DNA of 64,000 bases from Bugula neritina (lineage: Eukaryota > Animalia > Bryozoa): assembly GCA_964035545.1 (NCBI GenBank), contig OZ037767.1, positions 19,980,628-20,044,627 of the forward strand, given 5' to 3'. Below, piece after piece: positions 1 to 21,498 of the stretch (the stretch's first letter is position 1; every line of letters begins with the position of its first letter). Position numbers and translations under genes: made by a program. The notes under the pieces are model-generated. The model was given only the letters and a program-made list of their open reading frames with translations. It searched no databases and was not told the origin of the DNA.

Positions 1-746
1 CTCCGGACTAAATTTCCACCCAGGTCCTTCAGGCAGTACGTAGTCAACGTTATCATAAGAAATGACTGATTCCAATCCCTTGATAACTCGACCAATGGTA
101 GCTCGGTTGGAGAATGGACACAAGTGTTGGCCATAAAGATGATACCTACCAGCTTCTGGTTGGAAAGGTGTACTACCATCTTCTGCAAAATAACTGCAGG
201 TTCAAAAACAGGTTTATTCCCATTGACACTAATGCAAGCAACTGCATCCCTGTCAAAACGCATCTGCTAACATACTGAATACACTTTCAAGGTGTGCACA
301 ACTTCACATAAGAACATGACATTTATTAAAATATTTGATATGTTTTGCCTTTATAACTTTATTTGATTTTATAAAAAACGCTAGGAATAATACGTATATA
401 CTTGGAAATCTAAATGCAACAAGGAAAATTAGAAAGAGCTTAATATATATTAAATTAATATCACAATACCAACGTTGCTTGCATACATTGTAGCCACTCA
501 CATTGAACTATAGTTTCAGTTCAGTAGCCACTCATTCTGTGCGAATACTGATAAGTGTGTCAAAACTACACTAAATAAATTTTGACATAAACAATAAACA
601 TAAATAATTTGCATTAGAAAGTTAGATTTCTTGAATAACATATTTTAGAAAGCATATAATGATGATACTATACGATACATACGTTTCACCCAATCAAAGA
701 ATCCTTTAATTGTTCCATCTTCTTCAAGGACAGTTTTCGTTGCCAT
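1..746 (-). CDS. Glutathionyl-hydroquinone reductase-like GST (YqjG/Ecm4, Xi-class), 5' part; gene continues beyond window start
   Basis: Exons 746-683 (ATG) and 182-1 joined by a GT-AG phase-1 intron give MATKTVLEEDGTIKGFFDWVKQDGSTPFQPEAGRYHLYGQHLCPFSNRATIGRVIKGLESVISYDNVDYVLPEGPGWKFSPE. This matches the GHR signature F.xE.GRYHLY...CP..xR..I.R.xKGLE..IS. Not in the ORF track. Confidence 0.85.
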
Positions 747-859
747 GGTAACTCTGTTCAAACAAAATTGTGGACATGTTATGATTTTATCAATATTAAC
801 ATTGTGATAGAACTTTTAGCTAAAAAATTACATAAAATTCTTTGAGTCAGAAAATGCTA

Positions 860-994
860 ATAGTGCTATAGTAATAGTGGTAGGAGTGGTGGTGATAGTA
901 GCACTACTAGTACTACTAGTAGTAGTAGTACTACTACTACTAGTAGTAGTAGTAGCAGGAGAAGCAGCAGCAGCAGTAGTAGTACTGTAGTACT

Positions 995-1036
<42 letters not shown>

Positions 1037-1320
1037 TAGTAGTACTGTAGTAGTAGTCGTAGTAGTACTAGTAGTAGTACTGCAGTAGTAGTAGTAGTAG
1101 TAGTAGTAGTAATAGCAGTAGTAGTAGTAGTAATACTGATAAGTGATAATAGTTCAGTAGTACTAACTGAGTGATTGAGTGATACTAGTAGTAGTTGAGA
1201 CTTGAGCAGTACTAATAGTAACAGAGTGGATGTGGTTAAGTATGAACACTTCAGTTAGTCAACTCCTCTGGTAGTAATACTCTAACAGTAACACTAATAG
1301 TAATACTAATAAGTAATAAT
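860..1320. repeat. (AGT/TAG)n microsatellite / low-complexity tract
   Basis: Long imperfect agtagtagt run with short cag interruptions. Confidence 0.95.
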
Positions 1321-2859
1321 AATTGATTACTCCGGCTGGCTGACACAAGCGAGGTAAACTGCACACTCCTGATAGGGATAAAGTAATTGTGAAATTTTAG
1401 AGAGCCTGTGCTTATAAATGTTGATTAGAGTGGCTGATATGAAGCTATATATAGTTTATCTATAAGCTACTGGGAATGCGAAAAAATAGCTGCATCATGC
1501 ATGCCTTTTGTTCCTCAATAATAACCATAGCCGTCGATCCTACCAGTAGAATTCCTGCAAAATAAGAGGGTATTTGTTACGCCACTCTCTGCACGCTACC
1601 TTCAGATGAATTGGCATTGAAAATTAATTATCTCGCCGATAAGCATTAAAAGGCTAGAAGTTATCCGGTCAAAAGGCGCTGTAAAACATGACGTAAGCAA
1701 ATTCTTTTGAAGTTACCAATTAGTTTATTATCGTTGCCCTTAATGTCTCTAAGAGGCATCTAGTTATTATTAACCAAAAGCAGTGTCAAACAAATTGAGT
1801 ATAAGGCATAAGCTACATATAACTTGGACTCTCAAAGTTCTTTGCAGTATAACATGAAGATTTCAAGTCTGAATAGCAAATCAGTGCTTTATAGAAGATA
1901 ATTGCTCACAAGTTTTAACCCAAATCAGAGTTCAATGATCGAATCAGACTGCTGGAAATTTAGTCACCAATAGAATTGTTCCTTCAGCCTGACCAAAATG
2001 AAACATTGTAAAATAACTTTGGCCAATAAAAGTGAAATAACCAGATAAAAAGCACAGTTAAAGATGCATAACTGAACTATATGCACCAATGACACTGTTG
2101 CAAAACCTTTTCGCAGTGTGCATTTAGCATTATTTTTGGTCATATAAAACTTGCACACAAATCCACCCAGTGCTTTGCTTGAACCAGGGTTTTTTTGCTC
2201 AGTATTATAGAGCTAATGTGCAGTATACTGTTTTTATTTTTAAGTAATGTAATACAAGCGTAGAAACAATTATAAAACCCAGTTTTGAGAGATGTTCTCT
2301 TCTGTTAGATTCAAGCTATATCTAGATCTATAGGTCAAGGTTTCTACTAGCTTATATGCTGCAATCCTCTGCAAGCGTGTATAAATACTCGTATAGTAAC
2401 AATCTCTTTGTTAGGTAATGATAATTATAGATTTTGCGCTGTAGGTTTACAGCATGACTATTTTATTTTCAACAGGATGTTTTAAGGAGTGTCTGCTGAA
2501 ACCAATACTGTGAGAAAACTCTGTATCTCGCCAGTGAATTTATAAACAAAATGTAATAAACACTCTTAACGCATATATAGCCATATACTATTTAGAATAT
2601 GGCATATGGACTTGCTAAATGCTTATATTAATCCACAAGTTGAATAATTATGTTGGGTTGATTTAAATTTATTGAGCCTCAAATTTATTATATATTGGTT
2701 GTTTTGTGTTACTTGTAGCCTTCATATGGTGAAATGTGGCTTAACTGTAAAATCAGCAGATTAGCGAAAAGGTAACTTGACTAAAAGGCCAAGAGTCAAC
2801 TTATTTGCACCAGCTGAATGTTGGGAAACTTGATGTATTCAATACCAATTACAGTGTTG

Positions 2860-2965
2860 TTGAGTAGTACTAGTAGTAGTTGAGTAGTACTAGTAGTACT
2901 AGTAGTACTAGTAGTAGTAGTATTAGTATTAGTAGTAGTAGTAGTAGTAGCTAAGTAGTACTAGC
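2860..2965. repeat. (AGT)n microsatellite
   Basis: agtagtactagtagt tandem run. Confidence 0.9.
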
Positions 2966-3746
2966 AGGTAAGAGCACTTGAGGTGGCCAGCTCTACCCTA
3001 GAACAGATGACCTCCACTGACTGCAGGTTAAAGTGAAGGCCTTGATCCACAAGGCACAGCTAAACATGCGCTTATAATATAGGTTGATTATATTGACCAC
3101 TATATGAAGTCCTGTTGTAACCACTATTGGTCAGAAAATCTCCATGAAACCGTAAAAATATGCATAGATTTGAATCCCACAGATAGAATTTCTTTAAAAT
3201 AAGTGGACATTCAATGAAAAACCCCTAGATGATTAACGCAATTATAATCAATTCGCATTGAAAATGAATTGCATCGAATGATTAAGTGTATTTTTTAAAG
3301 ATAGAACTTTATCAAGCGTCAGAATTTTGATATCTTAAAAATTCATCTGTCTCAGAACTTGACAACTATTGCTTTTGAAAATGAACATGCTAACTATTCT
3401 GGAAAAGAAACGTGATTTCAAGCACCAATTACTATCTTCGTTAATATATTATGCAGCTGGCTCAGTGCCAACAATTAAAAAAGAAAGAATCAAAATATTA
3501 GTCTAAAAAATTTAGAAATCAAAGAAGCACCAATTTATAGAATAGATCCCATGGTAATGTGTGACTGAGCACTAGGCCTGCATACATAAAAATAGGCATA
3601 CAAATAACTATTGCATTATTAAGATTGAAAATAAAAGAAACTAATAAAAATTTCAGCAAACTGATAATGATATCTAGTTAGAAGGAGAAAATAAGTGATA
3701 TTATAGTGTAATCTAGAGAGGTTATGCTAGTGTCTACAGGTCATCA

Positions 3747-6700
3747 CTAAGACATGGCAAACTCGTGTGCCGCGGCATATCTTCCATACACATAGTGATA
3801 GAGTTGTCTCTCCACGTCAATTAGCAGCGAGCTTGCGCCCAGCCTAAATAGTTTGGGGGTGAGCCACTCGTCTCCCAACTCCTCCTTCATCAGCGAAAGC
3901 CAAACACAAGCTTCCTTTGCTGAGCGAATGCCACCAGCTGGTTTAAATCCAACCTACAGAATAAACCAATCACAATAGCTCACTCTCAAAATAGACCAAT
4001 CACAATCGCTCACTCTCAAAATAGACCAATCACAATCGCTCACTCTCAAAATAAACCAATAACAACCCGACTGGGAGGCTAGCATGTTCAAGCAGGTCAG
4101 TTGGCTAACCAACACTGGTTACCAATAGTCTGAACAAAGTAACTCGGAACCAACTGGTTATCTTCAAATCGGAAGTGATCAGCCAAGATGTTGGTGTATT
4201 GCCATATTTTACAATTAGAGGCTTGATTAGGAAAGTTGAAAACATATCAAAACTTTGTGAACTTTTAGAGTTTTCTTTCCCACAACTGAATGGACTAAGT
4301 TTATATGGAATATACAGAACCAGCTTCCATTACACTTTTGTTGTCAAGTTTCAGAAAACAATATGAGTCAACAGAAAGTCTGACTCAAAGGCAAGGATCT
4401 GTCAAAGGTGAAAGGCCAAAGCACACAACAAAAGGAATGAACATAATAAAGCTGTGTGAAAAGATGCACTGACACAGCATATGCCTTTCAGTATTTATAT
4501 TTTGGGTAATTAGGTGAACAGAATTGGAGATGCTAAACATTAGTCCCGTATATGACTACCAGGCACTAGGGCTACTAAATTAAGACTATGGAGACAAACT
4601 AAGACACACGCAATATCAGATGTTGAAGTGAAAGGGTTGTCTTACCTTGTATCCTGTTCTCTTGTAGTACTCCCTGATGGCTCTGACCATGACTAGACCC
4701 ACAGGAAGGATAGCATTTACACCTTCCTTGCCGGTAGACGTCTTGATGAAGTCGGCACCTGTAAAGAGACAGCATAAGTGTGAGTACAGTGAGTAGAGAG
4801 GTAAGTACAGTGAGTAGAGAGGTAAGTACAGTGAGTAGAGAGGTAAGTACAGTGAGTAGAGAGGTAAGTACAGTGAGTAGAGAGGTAAGTACAGTGAGTA
4901 GTGAGATAAGTAAATACAACTTACCAGCCATCATACACACCATGCTTGCTTTGTAGACATTAGCCATAGTTCCACATTCTCCAGTAGCTAATATAGTCTT
5001 CATATGGGCCTCTCCACATGCCTCCCTCATTTGCTGCACTTCTTCATATATGCCTGGTATCAGGTATATGAATATATTACACAGCAATATATTATACACA
5101 CTGTATACTATACACACTGTATACTATACACACTGTATACTATACACACTGTATACTATACACACTGTATACTATACACACTGTATACTATACACACTGT
5201 ATACTATATACAATGTACATTATACACACTGTACACTATACACACTGTATACTATACCGTATACTATACATATTGTATACTATACACACTGCATACTATA
5301 CACGCTGTATACTATACACACTGCATACTATACACACTGTATACTATACACACTGCATACTATACACACTGTATACTATACACACTGTATCTTATATACG
5401 CTGTATACTATACATACTGTAGCCTATACTACACTGCACACTATACTGTATACTGACCTTGCCAGTTACCAGAAAGCACATATGCTCGGTTTATCACGAT
5501 ATCTATCTCTGTAGCTCCTTCCTTCACAGCATAAGTTATCTCAGCCAGTCTGGTTTGGAGAGGAGTTTGTCCTGCAGGGAACCCTGTTGCGACTTTTCAA
5601 CATATAAATATACATCATTAGTATTACACAGTGAGTATATCACTAGTATTACAGGGTGAGTATATCATTAGTATTACAGGGTGAGTGTATCATTAGTATT
5701 ACAGGGTGAGTGTATCATTAGTATTACAGGGTGAATATATCATTAGTATTACACAGCAAGTATATAATTAGTATTACACAGTGATTATATCACTAGTATT
5801 ACACAGCGAGTATAATGTTAATATTACACAGCGGGTAGACTGGGATTTCTATATTTACCAGATGCGATGGGTATGGCAGACCCCCCACACTCTTTCAGAC
5901 TCTGCTTAACTTCACCAACTCTACTAGGATACACGCACACTGCCCCACAGGTTATGCCGAGCTGTTTTACTCCCAACGCCTCCACTAAGTCTGCTCTGAT
6001 GGGATTCTTAGCCTATAGCCAAAGTTCCAAAGACATATAAACTTTAGAGTGCATTGTAAAAATTGAAAATCGGGTCACTTTACCTAATTTATTACACACT
6101 CGACATTTCCAGGTTTTAGCTGTTTTTCACATTTTAGCTTCTAGCTTATATGGTCTTTTCCCTAAACTAATAAAATATTAATACAACTAAATAATCAAGG
6201 TTCTTTGAAATTTTGCTATATTTTCAATGTTTTTTTTTCTAGTTTTTCAAGTGAATTGGGATATATGGACTGTGATGAAAAAACCATCATGATCCATACA
6301 TATGTATATACTTAGCTCATAATATAACAATGACGTTGCACTTTAATGTTGCAGGACCCCATATAGTAAATTGTGAGCCAAATTTTATTGTAGTCCTAAC
6401 TTGCTGATGTGTATTAAATACAGTATGACCCTATTACGTTCCCTAACACATATACAAGTTTGGCCTGTCTCATGAGACAAGCCCATATAGAACAATGTGT
6501 ATAGACTACAATGACTTCTAGAGACAGTAAGTGTAGAATGCAATGATCTCTTAGTAGATAAAACACAACCTTATAACAAAGTCTCTGCACATTCACCACA
6601 GTATCGTCTCCAGCCAGTGTGGTCAAATCTATACAAGCTGCAGCCTTTAACAACCAAGCAGCCTAAAATATATCGATATAATGATCATACAAGCGTACTA

Positions 6701-8556
6701 TATGGCATCATGAAAGTGTATTACTGTATCGTGTATGCATTGTGATATTGGGTGTGTCTTCTGCATTTTCAGAGCTCACTAACTCTTGATAACAATCAGT
6801 AAATTTGGGAAAATTTTAACAGCAACTTTTTAGTAAATGTAAAATAGTTTTGCCTCCACAGGGATTCGAACCCAAGACGTTTGGCTTGCATACAGGTGTG
6901 CTAACCATTACACCAGGGGACTACTGAGTAACCGCAGCACTACAGTAAACATATCATTCAAATCTATATTTTAGTTTAACAACTTCTTCAAATTGTTGCT
7001 ACCATCATTTTTGTATCACTATAAAATGTTTACAATTGCGAGTTTCAGCGAAACAAGCCACCATGGAAGCCGTGGTGACACACACACTTAGGCAGCGACA
7101 TCTTTGTGGCTGAAACATTTGGCTACCTGCAAAACAATTGGTGGATTCAAGAGTAGCATTCTGTGTTACAAAGATATGTGCTAGTTTTTTAACTAAATAC
7201 ATAGCTCATACATTACTCAGTTAATCACAAAAAGCAAATTTCAGGAAAATTAAGTTTAGCCAAATGTTGCTAATTGTGCAAACCAAATAACTGGTTTTAA
7301 AACTTTTTTATAGAAATGTCCAATTGTGGACAGACTTTGACTCGAGCACTAAAACTTTGCCGAACAATTTAGTGTAATAATAATCGTGATTAAAATGAGA
7401 CAATGTGATCCACCGGGTGTTTGGTAGGTATGCAACCAGCCCACTCAGCTCAATTTATAACTTATAAGCACATAAAGAAACTCTATTTCACCTGCCATTT
7501 CTTTTTAACACAACGCCTGGTGCCCAATGTATCTGCCCTAGCCTTGACAGCAGATAAGTTCACTTTCACGTCTTTAATCCAGCTTTCATCTAAAACACAG
7601 ACACAGTAATAACTTGTGAAACCTGCAAATTTTATGGTTATAAAAACAAGCAATATATTGAGGCACATGCAAAAAAAATAACTGTTCAAGAAAGTAAGTT
7701 TATACAGTAGTAGTCAAGATTCATCTATGGTTAGCATTGGTCGATAACCATGCCGTATAAAACTGCCACCTGTTGCAATACTCATGTTCAAACACTAAAA
7801 TGATTATGAAACTCACAGCCAAAATCTATAATAAACATCAGTTAAAATGTCTTTGTGTATCAATTTTTAATGAAAACTGGGTATGATGCTTTAGAAAAGA
7901 CAACAGAATTTATTTTAAGTCTACACTCCAAGCCTAAAACTAAAAATAAAAGTAAGCCGTAAGGGCAAAGCTAAATGCTGTGCCTAAACTTGAAGCAAAT
8001 ACTGTCACTAAGACTACCACTACCAGTATCAGCACAACATAAGGTTTAACTGCATAACTAACACTAACAGTAACTTAAGTTTAACTGTTCAAATTTTAAT
8101 CATTGACTTAAAGTTACTGCTACTATTACATTACTATTAGTATTAGTATTACTATTAGTATTAGTATTACTATTAGTAATAGCTACTATTACTGAGTATT
8201 AGTAATGGTGACTAACTTCTAAATGTAAATCTAAAGGCATGACTTAAGTTTAAGTTATAGTCAGTGTGAGTGTCACTTAGGCCTATAGTTATAGTTAAAA
8301 TTTTTGGTATGTTATTACTCTTATAGTTAGTCATCATTATCTTATTTTTAAAATCAAATAATGAAATTAAAATTGAATTTTCTTTTAAATCTAAATTTTA
8401 ATTAAATAATTTACTAAATTATTTAGTTTTAATTCAATCTGAATCTTATTTTTAAATTTTACTTTTAGTCTTACAGTTACAGGTACTCTAAGTCTATGAA
8501 AACATAGTGATAATATAGAACTTACTCCAGTTAACACCACCATTTCTTTCGGACAT
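3747..8556 (-). CDS. DERA: Deoxyribose-phosphate aldolase, complete, 8 exons, 319 aa
   Basis: Exons 8556-8526, 7589-7492, 6662-6570, 6012-5859, 5592-5458, 5053-4925, 4758-4646, 3953-3747; all GT-AG, phases consistent, total 960 nt. Motifs IDLTTLAGDDT, AVCVYP, VATGFPAGQ, EIDIVINR, HMKTILATGE, ADFIKTSTGK, GFKPAGGIRS, LFRLGASSLL. Confidence 0.97.
3958..4045. repeat. 30-bp tandem repeat x3 in last DERA intron
   Basis: aaaatagaccaatcacaatcgctcactctc unit. Confidence 0.9.
4779..4905. repeat. 21-bp minisatellite (~6 copies) in DERA intron 6
   Basis: gtaagtacagtgagtagagag unit; source of the spurious LTSLLTV repeat ORF. Confidence 0.95.
5092..5455. repeat. 16-bp minisatellite in DERA intron 5
   Basis: ctgtatactatacaca unit, about 20 copies. 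Confidence 0.95.
5612..5832. repeat. 23-bp minisatellite in DERA intron 4
   Basis: atcattagtattacagggtgagt unit, about 9 copies. Confidence 0.93.
6851..6922 (-). mobile_element. tRNA-derived SINE head or tRNA pseudogene in DERA intron 2
   Basis: Minus strand reads ...ctggtgtaatggttagcac...gggttcgaatccctgtggaggca: Pol III A box (TGGTGTAATGG) and B box (GGTTCGAATCC). Acceptor and anticodon stems pair poorly. Confidence 0.65.
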
Positions 8557-8559
8557 ATT

Positions 8560-8900
8560 TAAAAGTATTATTAGCTGCCACCATAAATTAAAATTGACCT
8601 ATAAGAATATGCAACACATCAAGTTCAAGCCGATTTTGCACGCGACATTACTTCTGCAGAACGATGCAGGAAACTTTATAGTAATCTGCATTTTTGGCGA
8701 ATTACACTACACCCCATCCTTGTATTTGGCGATAGTTTTACAACATTTCTTTTTCCGCTACGCATGCGTAAGTACAATAGTTTACATGTTACTAAACAGC
8801 TTAGAGAGGTGCAAGACTGCGTCGGTGTGAGCAAATTAATTTTGCTCGCAGTTTTACAACCCAGATTGTTTATAAAAAATAAACGAAGTTAAATTTATAG
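8560..8900. promoter_or_regulatory. Putative bidirectional promoter between DERA and STK33
   Basis: Locally CpG-richer segment directly upstream of the DERA ATG, flanked on both sides by very AT-rich tracts. Perfect palindrome TACGCATGCGTA at 8759-8770 (NRF1-like core). Confidence 0.5.
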
Positions 8901-9831
8901 TTTATAAGTAATAGTTGTATGTATAATTTGTGTAACATAAAAAACTAAAGCACGTTTACTCAAATTATTGCAGTACAAATTATTACTTTAGGCTCAGCTA
9001 TTGCTAAAAGTAAAAGTAACAGTAACACTAACAGCAACTCTGTAAGTGTAACATTTATGTTTAACAACTCGTTGAAGTTGAAATAATACAAATAATATAA
9101 ACTTGATGGTATGAATTATTGTTATAAATAAATTATAGTAATAAAGTTGAAATAGATAAAGTATTAGTTGATTAGATATAAAGGCTATCTTACTTTCAAA
9201 TTGAAACTACTTTAACTAAGTTTATCACTTGTGGCTTCACAATTACTACTAGTGTTACTATTGGTATTACTCTATCTTACTCTTAGGCTTAATTATTAAA
9301 ATTCTTAATTAGACCATGTTTATGTTGAAATTAAAGTTGATGATCAACTTTAGGTTTAGTTCAGCTTTTACTTTAAAAAGTTTCTTTTTATGAAATAATA
9401 AGTAATATCAATTAATTATTGACTCAATTGATTTTATTTCTCTCAAAGCTTTAAAATTTCCCTGACATACAAATGCTTTAAAATTCCAGTCTTAGTATAA
9501 ATGTGTTTTAGTAGAATGCATTATTGTGAAGAAATCACATTTTAATCATTATAAGAATTATATTATGATGAGGATTACCAAATGAACATGTTTTTCATTT
9601 TGGCAAAATAGATGTTTAATTTTAGGATGCCAAAAGTTTTGAACACAAGTTCCAGAATTTTAATAAGTAGCTATAAAACAAATATTGCTGTCATATAGTT
9701 GTAAGGCTAAAGCATAAAATATTTTTGGTAAATATACATTCAGCGAAATTTAATGTAATTTTTATTTGCTATTATTTTCAAAACATTTTCATTTGTTGTT
9801 TGAGCAAATTATAATTGCCACTCTTTTTTAG

Positions 9832-9922
9832 TCTCACAAGAATGAAATCAAAGATGTGACTGCAATGTGAACTAATTCAGATGAGTTGCTTCTTTTCATC
9901 ATTCTGAGAGTTTCGATTTCCG
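9832..9922 (+). other. Candidate non-coding 5' UTR exon of STK33
   Basis: Pyrimidine tract + AG at 9830-9831 and strong donor CG|GTAAGT at 9922/9923; contains a short uORF (ATG AAA TCA AAG ATG TGA). Confidence 0.4.
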
Positions 9923-12900
9923 GTAAGTGTGTTTCAACGTTGAAGTGGTATTACATTTCAAAGTAAGTATGATAGATATGCCAGTGAATTGGAGTGAAAT
10001 AAACATCTACTTGTGGGTTCTTATTTGCATATGTATCTCTCTGTAAAGTTGTTGGATAATTATTATGTTTTTGGACTACTATCACAACTAAATGTATATG
10101 TAACTAAGACTATTAGTAAGTCTATAAGAGTGGGGCTAAGACTATCATTAACTTTAATCTGTAGTCAAAACTTAGTGACTAGAACTATGAGTATGAGTAA
10201 CTGTGACTCAGTTAGTCAAACATCATAATCATGCAATTACGTAACATTTAGCTCAAAATCTTACTAGGAAATGTATTACCGTGGTGTTCATATGTGCATA
10301 ATGATAGTCTAAAATGCTGATATTTCTTCAACAAATGGATATAATATTGTATTTAGATCTTGCATATATTATATTTAGATCCCGCCACAAGGGAGTGTTG
10401 TAACTATGTTAACATCTTAATTTGTATTGAAAATTAATTGTTATACTTCCATGATGCAGGCATTTTATCATAGCTATTATAATATGTATTATGTAAATAC
10501 TAGTATTATCCTGTTGAAATTGTAAACATAAAATCACAATGTGATGTTGTAATCTGCTCATAAGGTATAGTTGCTATTTTATTAGAGCAGCGTTTCTATT
10601 TGAGACTAAGATAGCAGTATATCATGCAAGATAAGAGTATAACATTTGGATGTTGTAGACCTGCATGGTTATGTTATTAGTTCATAGTTACTTTTGATTG
10701 CTAGCTAGTTTATAGCGTTCCCAGCTAAAAGATGAATTTAATATACACTGTGCTTAACTTTACAGAAATAGTTATGCAATTAATCTATTTGGAACCAGTA
10801 CCATGCTACCCTATCGTTAGCCTACACTAATATCAGTGGCAGTGTTAATAACTGTTGCATATATTAATGCTTCACTGTAATGGTGATTTGGTGATGTAAT
10901 CCATTGCAAATATAAGTTCTAATTTAATTTTTCATAAGAATAAAAGCTGCTTGTCAAACAACTTCACAACAATGAAGAACTTAATACCTATGAAGAAAAT
11001 CACCACCTTGAGTATATGCTGCCAATACTGCTGCTGTCAGCTAATTATTTATGATGTGGTGGCATAACTACACAGTGTAAAAGAAAGCATTTGTTTACAT
11101 TAAAAACACAAACGTCTGCTAACACACAATAAAAATATTCAGTTTCAGCATGTTTTAGTTTGATAAAACAATTACTATACTAAATGTGGTAATACAAATA
11201 TTGATGAAAATATTCAGTTGCCGTATTTCTTCGTGTTGCAGACTAAAGATGTTCAAACTTGTAATGTTAACAATCAATAATCAATCAATAGCTGTGTGTG
11301 CTATTCTGTATTTTAATTTACTGGGAATTTATTTGTCTTATAATGCCAAGTTTCATTGTGGGAAAGTAGGCTTAAGACTCTCTTCTATTCTTCTTCAGTA
11401 GGGATTTTGCAATCGCTCAGGTAGGCAGTACGAGTATTTCACTCACTTCTAAAAATGTTATTGTTTGACCTTGAATTTTCTTCAGGCTAACTGGAAGTAT
11501 AATGTAAATTGTTGCTAGGTGAGAAAAATTAATAAAACTTGTTTGCTTTTAAGATAAAACAATTTTAATTTTGAAGTAAATCCTCTGCGAGTTTTAGGGA
11601 AACCAAAGCGTCGTAATTTTAAGGGAAGTGAAGTAGTCAAAAAAATTGACGTTTACGAAAAATTGTTTGTTGCTTTTTAAATCTTTATTTTAGTTTCCAG
11701 TATTGACAAAGCTTAAGTGCAAGTGGCATCAAGTCAAAATATAACTTGGCCCAACATAATAAAGATTTATGGCAAATTTAACGGTTTGTGCATGTAAAAT
11801 CAAATTGTTCTTAAAGTTTCATGGCTGCCTTCAGTTTCTTTATCCAGACTTTTTGAGTAAGAAGTTGCTATCAACAATTATATTGAATATTATGTTGCTC
11901 ATGTATTATATGATCTCTTATATGAACACCAAATTCACTGCTGGTATATTTCTTAAATAGTGTTGATAGACGAGATGGGAATTAATTAAAAAACAGACTC
12001 TAATATCCTTGCTTCTAAATGCTGAGATGTTCAATCCAGGTGTTAGAATTATATGCTGTAGTATGCCACAACTCAAATATTACTTGTACACTGCTTAAAT
12101 CCATTTTATATTGTCTCTACATGTGCAGTATGTGTGAAAATTAGGCAATAGTCATACAGACTAGTTACAATGGTTTGTTTGTTATGTAGTATGCAATGTG
12201 CTTGCATGGGGGCTGCAGTCCGCTATGGGATATTTTCCCAATAATACATTGTATCACCTTTTTTCACTGCAGCAAGCTCTCTTACTATGCCACATTAGGC
12301 CCCTTTGTCGTGTTACACAACACTAACAATTAATGGTTTGATATGCTGCGTAATATTGACAAGGTTTTATTATTGCTAAAAATTATTTTAATTTATTTGA
12401 AACAAATTACAAGTGACCTCATGGTGAAATGATCCTTCACAAGCTTTGTTTGAAATGTAAAGCAAACCAAATATTGGATCTGTTGTTCTAATTCTATAGG
12501 CATGTTTTTAAAACAACTGCTGTTACATAAATTCAATAGCACCTAGACTCTCACAATTGAATTGAGTTTATTGAATCTTTGTGGACTTATTACAACAGCT
12601 TTTAATCAAATTTATTCTCCTTTCAACTGGTAGAAACATTCTTTTTTGTTAGCTCACTGTTATTCTTATCGCCTGTCAAACTCGGAGTAGATTACATTGT
12701 ACCGTGACTTGTATACTCGTGTATTCACACTTCACGTTCACCTCACCAACATATTGTTTCCCTAAGCTTCACAATCTAATCTACCTTCCACCAACTTCTC
12801 TGTCATAGTTCTTGAATTCCTGTGACAAGGGGACCAATTATGTAATAGAATTTTTACCACTCGGTATTTTGACTAATTGGATTATATTGACACAACACTG

Positions 12901-13659
12901 TACAAGGTGATAGGAAGTTCCATATTATAGGTAAGTTAGAACTCAGTCTTTTGAAAATCAAATTGTTTTGGGAGGGGAAGTTTATACTTGCATGGCATGA
13001 GTATTTCTACTATATTTTATTTGAACCCAGGTTATTAAGAAGCTATGTCAATGCGTTGATGTACAGATTGTATGGTTGTAGTGATTGTGTATATCATATA
13101 CTTGGTACAAGCTGCAGGTTGTCTTATCATTTTAACACAAGTACTATATTACCTACTTGGTGACAAAAGGTTTCTAAATATTTGCCTTTGCAACTATTTA
13201 CTGTGATAATGAAACTATTCAGGTCTGCCAAAAGTTGGTACTTCTATCTGAAATAGACTTTACCATTTTCAGTGAGTTGGTGAAATAATTATTAGTCTAA
13301 ACCTGTGAACTCTAACTGGCTGAGCCATCAGAACTGAGGCTATACCCCATTCCTATTCGATACATAACTTAAAACTTTTAAGTAAAAACAGCCACAGAAA
13401 TTCTTGGTCATGGTGCCATTTTATGGTGGCTCATCTCATCTGTATTATTTTTTCATATAAGCGAGCCTTTAGTAAGCAAACCTTGCAAACCACACCTTCC
13501 CTCTGTTGTGTTTCTGTAAACTGAATACAGGTTAAACCTTGTTCATAGGCATACTAACAGTTATCAGTGTTCTATTGGTACCTAATGTAGAATTGCTAGC
13601 ATCTGTGTTGTGCATGACAATCTTGGTGTTGTAGCGATTATCTCCCCGTAATTCTAACC

Positions 13660-21498
<7,839 letters not shown>

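Noticed and set aside
5004-5514. Plus-strand ORFs with YTHCIL repeats
   Set aside because: Translations of the 16-bp intronic minisatellite, antisense to DERA.
6851-6922. Functional tRNA gene
   Set aside because: A/B boxes are present but the cloverleaf stems do not pair well; treated as SINE or pseudogene.
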